64,000 nucleotides of DNA from a virus: positions 64,001-128,000 of the IMG/VR virus record IMGVR_UViG_3300032249_000542; one strand, 5' to 3'. Below, one piece after another: positions 19,021 through 29,700 of this stretch (the stretch's first letter is position 1; each line of letters starts with the position of its first letter). The notes below the pieces were generated by a model that had not been told where the DNA came from, did not search any database, and was given only the letters and a program-made list of their open reading frames with translations. The position numbers were made by a program, and so were the translations under genes.

Positions 19021-21545
19021 TGGCTCTTGGTAATACAACAATACAAATAAAATATTCTACAGCAAATGGTAGACCAGCATCTTTAAATGTTGGCGAACTT
19101 GCTTATTCGTTTGCATCAAATACATTATTCATTGGTACGTCATCAAGCACTACTCTCAATATTGGTGGTCATACGATTGCAAACGTAGTTGAGAATAGAA
19201 CTTCTTTAGCATTACCAAATACTTTAGTTTTTCGTGACCAGTTTGGTAATTTTACTGCAAACGGAATTAATGCTCCTATACTTGGAAACGCAAATACTGC
19301 CACTAGGTTTGAAGTCCCAAGATATATTAATATCTCTGGTGACGTAGGAAATACAAGTAATCTATATGATGGTAGTTCAAATGCAGACATCATTCTAAAA
19401 CTAGATGATACTGGAATTGCTGCTGGAACGTATGGTGGAAATCGTACAGTACCAGTTATTAAATACTACGCAAATGGTATATCATACTTTGCTGGAAACG
19501 TAGCCGTAGATACAACTTTATCATTTGCCGGAGATTTTGGTACTGCAAATTTAGAGACTCGTACTGATACTCTTACGTTTGGTGGTGGTGATGGTATCAT
19601 TACACATGCACATGATTCAAATAATGTTGTAGATATTTTTGTTGATGAAACCGTTGTTAAGACAGATAGAACAGACCAAATAATTCAAGGTAATATTGTT
19701 ATTACTGGTAACTTGAATGTTCAAGGTAACACGTTATACACTCAAACTGAAACAGTATTAATTGAAGATAATATCATCACACTTAATGCGGCGATTGGTC
19801 AGGCATCACTTCCGATTAGAGATGCTGGTATTGAAATTGACCGTGGGTCATTACCAAACTCTCAGATTATTTGGAATGAGACAGTTGATCGTTGGACATA
19901 TACGCATGATGGGTCTATATATTACAACATTGGTTCTGTACAAAATGCATTTGTAACATTTACTGCAAATGGAACACCAGTAACTCCACAAAGTAATAAT
20001 GACACATTAACTATTAACGGTCTAAGTGGTATTCTTATTACCGCTAATGATAGTTCAAATACTATCAACATTGGTTTAACAGAACTTGCACAAGGTAACT
20101 CAGGATCACAATTATATGTTGCACCAAATGGTGACGATTCATATGATGGTTATGCAATCTCACGTCCTAAGAGAACAGTTCGTGCTGCTGTAAATGCGGC
20201 ACGCCCTGGAACAAGAATATTCATTGCTTCAGGAATATATGAAGAAGTTACACCAATCATTGTTCCACAAAGAGTTGAAGTTTCTGGTGATGGTGAGCGT
20301 TCAACAATTATTAGACCGGTCGATCCAACAAAAGATATATTCTGGTTGAACAATAATTGTTTGATTACCAACATGGGGTTTGAGAATTACACAGCATCAG
20401 CATGTGCGTTTCCTGAACTTACAATTCGTTCCGCAACTGCACAGGGTGGAACTGCAAACACAATAACACTTGATTCCAGTTCTGATTCATTGACAAGTTA
20501 TTACAATGAAATGCAAATTGAAATTCTTTCTGGAACTGGTTCAGGACAAACCAAAACAATATCTGCATATGACGGTTCTACTAAAATTGCAACAGTAGAT
20601 TCTGCTTGGTCAGTTATTCCTAACAGCACTTCTGTATTTAAAGTTTCTATTCCTAGAAGGTCAACTCCTGCAGCAAATACTGCACGTTGGACAACCTTTA
20701 TTACTGCATCACCATACGTTTATGTTTGTTCATCAAGAACAACAACTGGTACCGGACTAAAAGTAGATGGTGCTCGTGCAACTGGTAATAAGAGTATGGT
20801 GTCTGCACAGTTCACTCAAGTTAATACTGGAGGAATTGGATTCCATGTATTGAATGATGGTTACGCACAGTTAGTTTCTATGTTTAGTATTTTTTGTGAT
20901 ACTGGATTCTTAGCAGAGAGTGGTGGTACTGCATCAATGGGTAACTGTAACGTCAACTTTGGTAATCGTGGATTAAAATCAAATGGTCGTGGTGCATTAA
21001 TAATGACTGGAACATTGAGCGCTAATGGTATTTTTAACGACTTTACACTCAATCTAAATAACATAACAGTTAATACAGATCCATACATGAGTGTTTCTGC
21101 AAACGTACCTTATGTTGGTTTGATTGGTTACGTTGATGGTGACGCATCGGATACATATTATTATGTTACATCATCTACTGTTCCATCTAGTGGAAATACA
21201 TTAACAACAATAAAAAATTCATTAGACAATACTTTTATTTCTGGAACAACAATTAGATTTTATCAACAGTCTCAGCTTCGTGCATCAGGTCAGACGTTTG
21301 AATTTGTTGGTGCTGGAACATCATTATCAACTGCACTACCGAGAAATGGCGGGATACCAAATAGTGAAGCACAAATTGTAAGATCAAATGGCGGTGCGGT
21401 ATTCTGTACTTCAACAAATGAAAGCGGAGATTTTCAAGTGTCTGATTTAATTATCGAACAAACTACTGGTACTATATCAGGTAGAACATTCAGTAAAAGT
21501 TTATATGCAGAACTGACTCCGTTTATTCTAGCATTGGAAGGCTAA
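19020..21545 (+). CDS. Tail fibre/spike with probable beta-helix (pectin lyase-like) domain
   Basis: N-terminal IQIK.S....P..L..GELAY attachment motif. YVA.NG.D..DG....P..T...A.....G..I.IA.G.Y.E beta-helix cap motif. C-terminal PFILALEG. Confidence 0.7.
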   Translation: MALGNTTIQIKYSTANGRPASLNVGELAYSFASNTLFIGTSSSTTLNIGGHTIANVVENRTSLALPNTLVFRDQFGNFTANGINAPILGNANTATRFEVPRYINISGDVGNTSNLYDGSSNADIILKLDDTGIAAGTYGGNRTVPVIKYYANGISYFAGNVAVDTTLSFAGDFGTANLETRTDTLTFGGGDGIITHAHDSNNVVDIFVDETVVKTDRTDQIIQGNIVITGNLNVQGNTLYTQTETVLIEDNIITLNAAIGQASLPIRDAGIEIDRGSLPNSQIIWNETVDRWTYTHDGSIYYNIGSVQNAFVTFTANGTPVTPQSNNDTLTINGLSGILITANDSSNTINIGLTELAQGNSGSQLYVAPNGDDSYDGYAISRPKRTVRAAVNAARPGTRIFIASGIYEEVTPIIVPQRVEVSGDGERSTIIRPVDPTKDIFWLNNNCLITNMGFENYTASACAFPELTIRSATAQGGTANTITLDSSSDSLTSYYNEMQIEILSGTGSGQTKTISAYDGSTKIATVDSAWSVIPNSTSVFKVSIPRRSTPAANTARWTTFITASPYVYVCSSRTTTGTGLKVDGARATGNKSMVSAQFTQVNTGGIGFHVLNDGYAQLVSMFSIFCDTGFLAESGGTASMGNCNVNFGNRGLKSNGRGALIMTGTLSANGIFNDFTLNLNNITVNTDPYMSVSANVPYVGLIGYVDGDASDTYYYVTSSTVPSSGNTLTTIKNSLDNTFISGTTIRFYQQSQLRASGQTFEFVGAGTSLSTALPRNGGIPNSEAQIVRSNGGAVFCTSTNESGDFQVSDLIIEQTTGTISGRTFSKSLYAELTPFILALEG

Positions 21546-21547
21546 AA

Positions 21548-21886
21548 ATGGCAAGTGCAATTCCATTAAATTCGTTTAAAACTATAATTTCAAATGTTAC
21601 TAATGCAGCGAATACTGTATATACAGCTCCTATCGGAGTTACAACAGTAGTTCTATTAGCACAAGTTTCTAATATTGATACTTCAACAGTTACCGTAACA
21701 GCATCGCATCGTCGTGGTGCGAATACAACACGCTTGATTGCAAACGTAAAGATTCCTATTCAAGATGCTGGAAGCTTGTTGACTGGCAAACTTGTTTTAG
21801 AAGCTGGAGATGGTTTCTCTATCCAAGCAGATAGAATAAATGCTGCTGAACTAACATTATCAATACTAGAAACTGCTAATGCGTAA
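21548..21886 (+). CDS. Small beta-rich virion protein, paralogue of 11385-11717
   Basis: 112 aa. VYTAP.G...VVL.AQV.N, GKLVLEAGD, LSILETAN. Confidence 0.65.
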   Translation: MASAIPLNSFKTIISNVTNAANTVYTAPIGVTTVVLLAQVSNIDTSTVTVTASHRRGANTTRLIANVKIPIQDAGSLLTGKLVLEAGDGFSIQADRINAAELTLSILETANA

Positions 21887-24800
21887 TAAACAGATACTAT
21901 TAAGTGGTAGAGCAGTAACGACGAATGCCGCAAATGTAGCGGCAGATCGTTACTCGTTTCTAAATCTTAGTGATGCAGAACCAAATCTTGGAGTAGCAAG
22001 TGCTAACGACTATGTTTTAGTCTACAATACACATGCAAATACTTCTGGTAATAGACTTTGGTCTAAGAGTCTTATTACATCATACGACCATGCTAACTCT
22101 GCATATAGTTCACAGAATACAACTGGAGTGTATTCCAATGCTGCATATGCACAAGCAAACTCTGCATCCCTGTATGCTAATGGTGCTTTCGTACAAGCGA
22201 ATGCTGCATACGGTTCACAAAATACTACAGGTACGTATGCAAATGCTGCTTTCTTAAAAGCAAACTCTGCATATGCATCTCAAAACGTAACTGGCACTTA
22301 TGCTAATGCTGCGTATGCACAGGCAAACTCAGCTTCCTTATATGCAAATGGTGCATTTGTTCAAGCTAATGCTGCATACGGAAGTCAGAACACAACCGGC
22401 ACTTATGCTAACGCTGCATACGCACAAGCCAATTCTGCATCGTTATATGCGAACGGTGCGTTCATTCAAGCAAACGCTGCATACGGTTCGCAAAACGTAA
22501 CAGGAACTTATGCGAACAATGCTTATGTACGTGCAAACAATTCGTTAAATGCAAACGTAGGTGGCACGGTTACAGGTAACGTAACTATTGTTGGTAACCT
22601 AGTTTCTAACACATTGACTACAACTGGTAGTGGTGGAAACATTACTGGTGCCAATGCGATATTCGCAAACTATGTTTTTGCCAATAACATTGATTTACAA
22701 TTACTGGCAAACGCTGCGTATGCACAAGCAAACTCTGCAAGTCTCTACGCAAATGGAGCATTTGTTCAGGCTAATGCTGCGTATGGTTCACAGAATACAA
22801 CAGGAACATATGCTAATGCATCATTCCTAAAAGCGAACTCTGCATATGAAAGTCAGAACACGACTGGTGTTTACGCTAATGCTGCATATGCACAAGCAAA
22901 CTCTGCAAGTCTTTATGCTAATGGTGCGTTTGTACAAGCGAACGCTGCATATAATTCTCAAAACACGACTGGAGTTTATGCAAACTCTGCTTTCTTACAA
23001 GCAAACTCTGCATACGCACAAGCGAACTCGGCATCCTTGTATGCCAACGGTGCGTTTATACAAGCAAATGCTGCATACAATAGTCAGAATGTAACTGGTA
23101 CATATGCGAACAATGCATATGACCAAGCAAATTCCGCAGCATCATATGCTAACTCTGCATTTGTAAAAGCGAATAGTGCATACGCAAGTCAGAACACAAC
23201 TGGTGTTTATGCAAACGCAGCATACGCACAAGCGAATAGCGCAAGTTTATATGCCAATGGTGCATTTGTTCAAGCGAATGCTGCATATGGTTCACAGAAT
23301 ACTACTGGTGTTTATGCGAACTCTGCATATGCATCTCAGAATGTAACTGGAACGTATGCTAATAATGCATACGTTCGTGCAAACAATTCTCTTAATGCAA
23401 ATGTAGGTGGTACTGTTACTGGTAGTGTTAATGTTACTGGAGACTTGGCTGTTTCTGGAAACCTTTATATTTTAGGTAATGTAACCACTATCGGAGCAGA
23501 CTCTTTATCAATTGAAGATCCAATAATATTGTTAGCCAATAATAATATTACGGATGTTGTTGATATAGGTTTTGTATCTCATTACAGTAATAATCCAGTA
23601 AGACATGCTGGATTAATTAGACATTATGTTGATAAAGAGTGGTATCTTTTTGATGGGTATATTCCTCATATTCAAGATACAAATTTATTAGATTTAAGTA
23701 ATACAAGTTTAGTTATTTCAACTTTGAATGCAAACTTATCTGCAAATCTAATAACACTAAGAGGTATAGAACTAGGTTACTATGCAAACGCAGCATTCTT
23801 GCAAGCCAATACTGCATATGCATCTCAAAACGTAACAGGAACATATGCTAACTCTGCATATACACAAGCTAACTCTGCAAGTCTTTATGCCAACGGTGCA
23901 TTCGTCCAAGCAAACGCTGCATACACATCTCAGAATGTAACTGGTACCTATGCGAACAATGCATACGATCAAGCAAACTCTGCAGCATCATATGCTAACT
24001 CTGCATTTGTAAAAGCAAACTCTGCGTATGCAAGTCAGAATGTAACTGGCACATATGCTAACAATGCATACCTACATGCAAACTCTGGTTTTATTCATGC
24101 GAATTCTGCGTTTGAAACGATAAACAATTTTTCAGTAGTTGCTAATACTACTAATACAACCGTAATTGCAGTAAACGATCATGCGAATGGTGCTTTCTTA
24201 AAAGCAAACTCTGCATATGCAAGTCAGAATGTAACTGGAACATATGCCAACGCTGCATATGCACAAGCGAACTCTGCGGCACTATATGCCAACGGTGCGT
24301 TCATACAAGCGAATGCTGCATTTGAAGTTGCAAATTCTGCTGCACAATCAACATATGCAAACGCAGCTTTCCTAAAAGCAAACTCCGCATACGATAGTCA
24401 GAATGTAACTGGCACATATGCAAACAATGCTTATGCACAAGCGAATAGTGCAAGTCTGTATGCGAACGGTGCGTTTATACAATCCAATGCTGCCTATACA
24501 TCTCAGAACGTAACTGGAACTTATGCAAACAACGCATATGCACAAGCGAACTCTGCTGCGACATATGCTAACGGCGCTTTCATTGTTGCAAATACACCAT
24601 CACATGTTGCGAACTCAGCTGCACTTTATGCTAACGGTGCATTCATACAAGCGAATGCTGTATTTAATGTTGCGAACTCTGCAGCACTTTATGCTAACGG
24701 TTCTTTCATACAATCAAACGCTGCATACAGTTCACAGAACACGACTGGTGTTTATGCTAATGCTGCGTATGCACAAGCGAACTCTGGTGCGTTATATGCC

Positions 24801-26747
24801 AACGGTTCTTTCGTACAATCAAACGCAGCATTTGATATTGCAAACTCGGCAGCTTTATATGCCAATGGTTCGTTTATACAAGCGAATGCATCATACAATT
24901 CACAGAATGTAACAGGTACATATGCTAATGCTGCATTCATTCATGCCAATGCTGCATTTAATGTTGCAAACAATTCTATTGATACGTATGTTCGTGCTCA
25001 TGCTAATGCATCATACAATACTGCAAACGCAGCTTTTGTTAGAGCAAATTCATCAGTATTCTCTATTACTGCAAACTCGTATGAGATTTATACGAACACA
25101 TCAACTGGAAACATACAGATTGGTCTTGCAAATGTAAACGCAAGTATCGGTACGTATGGTGGTGCTACTGCAATTCCAGTTATTAATGTTGATGGTTACG
25201 GTCGTGTACAGTCAGTTTCTAACACCACGATTACTGTTCCTCCTGGAACATATATTTTCCCGAACACCGGTCAACTTACAACAAATTCGAATTTTGGTAA
25301 TGTACTAATTGGGTTAGCTAATGTTAATTCAACTATAGGTACATTTGGTGGTGCTTCTGTTATTCCAATAATTCAAACTGACGGTTATGGTCGCATTACT
25401 AATATCGTTAATTCATCTATTAGTATACCATCCGGAACGAATATTGTCAATAGCAGTTTTATTACTGCCAACTCTCCAAATGGTACTGTTGCATTATCTC
25501 TGGCAAATTCTGGTGTAACTTCAGGAACGTATGGTGGTGGAGGTAATGTACCAGTAATTACGATAGATCAATATGGTCGTATAACGGTAGCTTCAAACAC
25601 AGTATCTTCAACAAATGCATTAAGTACGATTATCAGAAATTCGTACACAGCAACTGCTGCACAGACAGCATTTAACACAACTACTTCGTTTACTCCAGGG
25701 TATGCAGATGTTTATGTCAATGGATTAAAACTAAGTCCTGCTGATTATACCGCAAATCCAGTTGGCAGTATTAACATACTAAACCCAACATTAATAGATG
25801 GTGATGCAGTTGATATTCAAACCGCAACTACATTTATTGTTGATGCAAATACAAGATACGAAAAAACTACGTTTACTGCAACTGCTGGACAGACTGCATT
25901 TACGGTATCATACGTTGTAGGTAGTGTAAATGTATATCTAAATGGTTTACGTTTAAAAGAGACTGATGACTTTGTTGCAACCAATGGTTCAACTGTAACA
26001 TTAACTGTTGCTTGCGAACTAAATGATATAGTAGAGATTGAACGATCTGGTATGATGTATACCTATCTTGATAATCTTTATCTCTCAACAAGGTATGCTA
26101 ATACAGCAATATCAAATGGACAGACTACGTTTACTGTAACTGGTGGATACAAGGTTGGTTTTGTCGATGTCTACTTAAACGGTATTAAGTTAAACATTCC
26201 ATCTGACGTAGTTGCAAGTGATGGTTCGACTATTGTAATGCAATCATCAATTGTTGAGACTGGTGATAATATTGAAGTTGTTGGTATAGGTCCAGAGTTT
26301 ACACCTGCCAATGCGATATCAGTACGTGGTGGTACAATTTATGGATCGTTGATTGTTACAGAGAACGTAGTTGCAAATGCAGTTAATGTTGCAACCGTTT
26401 ACTTCAACGACGGAACAAAAATGATTACTGCTGCGTCTGGTTCAGGCACAGGAATAACATGGAAGATAATTAGTGCGAATACAACGGCAAATACAACAGA
26501 AGGTTTCCTTGTAGATACAACGACTGCGAATGTTTATATCACATTAAACTCATCACCTAGTCTTGGAAATACTGCTCGAATTGTAGATATGGCAGGAAAC
26601 TTTGCGATAAATAACTGTATCATCAAAGGAAATGGTAATAAGGTTATGGGAAGTACAGATGACTTTATCATTTCATCAAACAACGCTGGCATTGGTCTAG
26701 TGTACAGTAATGCAACTTACGGTTGGAGAATAATTGAGAATCCATAA
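21879..26747 (+). CDS. Very long fibre protein with extensive ANxA[YF]xx heptad arrays
   Basis: 1622 aa. Heptad arrays at about 22090-25050, three GT[YF]GG...PVI..D.YGR modules, three T.T..QT.F...VY.NG..L domains. Confidence 0.75.
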   Translation: MRNKQILLSGRAVTTNAANVAADRYSFLNLSDAEPNLGVASANDYVLVYNTHANTSGNRLWSKSLITSYDHANSAYSSQNTTGVYSNAAYAQANSASLYANGAFVQANAAYGSQNTTGTYANAAFLKANSAYASQNVTGTYANAAYAQANSASLYANGAFVQANAAYGSQNTTGTYANAAYAQANSASLYANGAFIQANAAYGSQNVTGTYANNAYVRANNSLNANVGGTVTGNVTIVGNLVSNTLTTTGSGGNITGANAIFANYVFANNIDLQLLANAAYAQANSASLYANGAFVQANAAYGSQNTTGTYANASFLKANSAYESQNTTGVYANAAYAQANSASLYANGAFVQANAAYNSQNTTGVYANSAFLQANSAYAQANSASLYANGAFIQANAAYNSQNVTGTYANNAYDQANSAASYANSAFVKANSAYASQNTTGVYANAAYAQANSASLYANGAFVQANAAYGSQNTTGVYANSAYASQNVTGTYANNAYVRANNSLNANVGGTVTGSVNVTGDLAVSGNLYILGNVTTIGADSLSIEDPIILLANNNITDVVDIGFVSHYSNNPVRHAGLIRHYVDKEWYLFDGYIPHIQDTNLLDLSNTSLVISTLNANLSANLITLRGIELGYYANAAFLQANTAYASQNVTGTYANSAYTQANSASLYANGAFVQANAAYTSQNVTGTYANNAYDQANSAASYANSAFVKANSAYASQNVTGTYANNAYLHANSGFIHANSAFETINNFSVVANTTNTTVIAVNDHANGAFLKANSAYASQNVTGTYANAAYAQANSAALYANGAFIQANAAFEVANSAAQSTYANAAFLKANSAYDSQNVTGTYANNAYAQANSASLYANGAFIQSNAAYTSQNVTGTYANNAYAQANSAATYANGAFIVANTPSHVANSAALYANGAFIQANAVFNVANSAALYANGSFIQSNAAYSSQNTTGVYANAAYAQANSGALYANGSFVQSNAAFDIANSAALYANGSFIQANASYNSQNVTGTYANAAFIHANAAFNVANNSIDTYVRAHANASYNTANAAFVRANSSVFSITANSYEIYTNTSTGNIQIGLANVNASIGTYGGATAIPVINVDGYGRVQSVSNTTITVPPGTYIFPNTGQLTTNSNFGNVLIGLANVNSTIGTFGGASVIPIIQTDGYGRITNIVNSSISIPSGTNIVNSSFITANSPNGTVALSLANSGVTSGTYGGGGNVPVITIDQYGRITVASNTVSSTNALSTIIRNSYTATAAQTAFNTTTSFTPGYADVYVNGLKLSPADYTANPVGSINILNPTLIDGDAVDIQTATTFIVDANTRYEKTTFTATAGQTAFTVSYVVGSVNVYLNGLRLKETDDFVATNGSTVTLTVACELNDIVEIERSGMMYTYLDNLYLSTRYANTAISNGQTTFTVTGGYKVGFVDVYLNGIKLNIPSDVVASDGSTIVMQSSIVETGDNIEVVGIGPEFTPANAISVRGGTIYGSLIVTENVVANAVNVATVYFNDGTKMITAASGSGTGITWKIISANTTANTTEGFLVDTTTANVYITLNSSPSLGNTARIVDMAGNFAINNCIIKGNGNKVMGSTDDFIISSNNAGIGLVYSNATYGWRIIENP
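22090..25050 (+). repeat. Degenerate 21-bp (heptad) coding repeat arrays with a frequent 35-aa higher-order unit
   Basis: ANAAYAQ ANSASLY ANGAFVQ ANAAYGS QNTTGTY recurs many times, interrupted by two non-heptad segments that both begin NNSLNANVGGTVTG. Confidence 0.9.
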
Positions 26748-29700
26748 TGGCTGATTTAAGAGACTATACAAAAAAGAACCCCATATTTGTTGGAACAGAT
26801 GGTATTAGATTACCAATTGGAACAGGCGCACAAAAAGGTGCGTCATCAAATGTTGCAGGTACTCTACGTTACAACACAGATATTAGTAGTATAGAATTTT
26901 TTACTCCATCGGGTTGGATTCCCCTTGGAGCTCCACCAGCTATAACTACAGTAACTCCTTCAACTTTTAATGGTACATCTGGATCAGAATTTACAATTAA
27001 CGGTTCAAACTTTAGTTCAGATGTTCAGGTGTATTTTGTTACATCAAATGGAACTAACATATTAGCATCAACTGTTACGTATATTGGTAATTCACAATTA
27101 AAAGCAACTACTCCTAGAAATATCACAGTACAAGAAGAACCGATTAGTGTTAAAGTAAATCAACCTTCGGGAATTTTTACAAAACCAGATTGTATTGATG
27201 CTGGTGGTCTACCGAGTTGGATTACTACAGCAGGAACATTAGGAAGTATATTTGGTGCAAATACAGTTAATGTATATGTGTCTGCAACGGACCCTGAAGG
27301 TTCATCAATATCATATCAAATAACATCAGGTTCATTGCCTGCAGGTTTAAGTTTAACTTCGGCAAATGGATTAGTTCAAGGTCTTGCAAGTTCAGTCTTA
27401 GCAAACACAACTTATAATTTTACAATTAAAGCAAACGACACGGCAACTAATAATACTGACAGAGCATTCAGTTATACTGTATTAAATCGTGCTCCTGTAA
27501 TCAATACTGCTGCAGGAAGTTTAGGAACAATCTATTCTGGAAATGCAGCTTCGGCAACAATTTCTGCATACGATCCAGACGGTGGAAGTATAACATTTGC
27601 TGTTGCTTCTGGATCATTACCAGCAAATAGTTCATTAGGAACTGCAAACGGAGTCATACAGGGAACTCCGATTCTTGTAACTACCAATACAACATATACA
27701 TTCTCAATTAGTACAACTGATGAAGGTAGTTTATCTGCATCAAATACCTACACATATACTGTATTAAATCGTCCTCCTTTGTGGAATACCAATCCGACAT
27801 TGACAACTATTAATGGTGCTGACCCTTACACACCAATTACAATTAACGCATACGATCCAGACGGAGCGAGTATAACATATTCTTTAACTTCTGGTGCTGT
27901 TCCAAGTGGATTAACATTTGTTACTGCAAATGCTACACTTACTGGAACACCTGATGAAGTTGAATCTAATACCACAAGTACATTTGTTGTTACTGCAACC
28001 GACGTTGGTTCAGATGCAAATGCAAGAACATTTAGTTTAACAGTTACACCAATTGTTGATGCTCAGTTTTCTAACACAGTTTTATTATTGCATGGTGATG
28101 GAAATACTTCAATTAGAGATGCCTCATCAGATAATCGCCCATTAACTGTTTTTGGAGATGTAAAGACAACTAACTTTAGTCCATTTTCAAATACTGCATA
28201 TGGTTCATATAGTGGAAATTTTGGTATGGCTGCAGGCAACTTGTACTATCCTGATAGTGATGCATATACATTAGGTAGTGCGGATTTTGCAATTGAATTC
28301 TGGTGGTATCCTACTAACATATCTTCAGAAACAGATATGTTTGGTCAATGGTCAAGTGGTGGTAATGATGAATCGTGGTTAATACATTGCCGTTCATCAA
28401 CCTTTGGACTGTCTTATGTAACGGATGGTTCATCTGACATTTATGTAGAAAGTGGAACTAAACCAACATTAGGTCGTTGGAATCATATTGTAGTATGTAG
28501 AAATAGTAATACCATTTCCATTTTTATAGATGGAGTGAGAACAGCTACTGGTTCTGAGTCAGGAGCGATTAGTAATTCTACTAGAGTGTGGTGCGTGGGT
28601 GGACGTGGAGGAAGTTCATATGGAAGAATAAATGGAATGATTTCTGATTTCCGTATCGTAAAAGGTAACGGACTCAGTCCATATAATGCAACTTCTTCTA
28701 CATTAACTGTTCCAACTGCACCGTTGCAAGATATTGCTGGAACAAGTTTTCATATCTTTAATAGAGCAAGAGGATTTACAGATACTATAACTGGGAATAT
28801 TCCTACGGTAGTTGATGCAGTATTATTAACAGCAAAAAGTCCATTTGGAAACACAGAAGCAGATACTACCACAGGATCAATGTATTTTGATGGTTCAGGA
28901 GATTATCTCAGTCTAGGAGCACCATACAATTTTGGTTCAAATAACTTTACTGTAGAAGGTTGGTTTTATTTAACCACAATATCTGGAACTCAATCACTTT
29001 GGGGATCATCTAATGGTGGTGGAGGACAATCTAAACTTCAAGTATATGTCTCAAGTGGAAATATTACTTTAGATTTTAATGGAAGTGCTGTTGTTGCAGC
29101 TACAGCAGCAACATATCTAGTTCCTGGCACATGGAATCATGTTGCGTATTGTAGAGGTGGAACCGGATCTAATCAAACCGCAGTTTTTATAAATGGTGTT
29201 CGTGCTGCGGTTGGTACATTAGGAAGTCAAACTGGAATTACCGATCATTTTAAAATTGGAAATAGTGAAGCTGGTGTAATTGCTGCGTCTTACATTTCTA
29301 ACTTTAGAATTGTTGATGGTACTGATGTTTATGGGTATACAAACACAACATATACTGTCCCAACAACTCCATTAACAAATATAACGAACACAAAATTATT
29401 AACTCTACAGAATCGTCAACCACACAACAATCACGGATTTATTGATAGTTCTAGAACTAAGAGTTTAATTACAAGAAACGGTAATCCTTCACAAGGTACG
29501 TTTACTCCGTTTAGTGCTGACTCTGGAAAATGGAGTGCATATTTTAATGGAAGTAGTGGAGTAAGATTTCCAGATAGTTCTGTTTTCTCAATGGGAACAA
29601 ATCCATTTACGATTGAAGCTTGGGTGTATGTAACAAAGACACAAGGAGCTGGATATTCTATTATTAGTCAATGGATAGACGGAAATGATAGTAACAGTTC

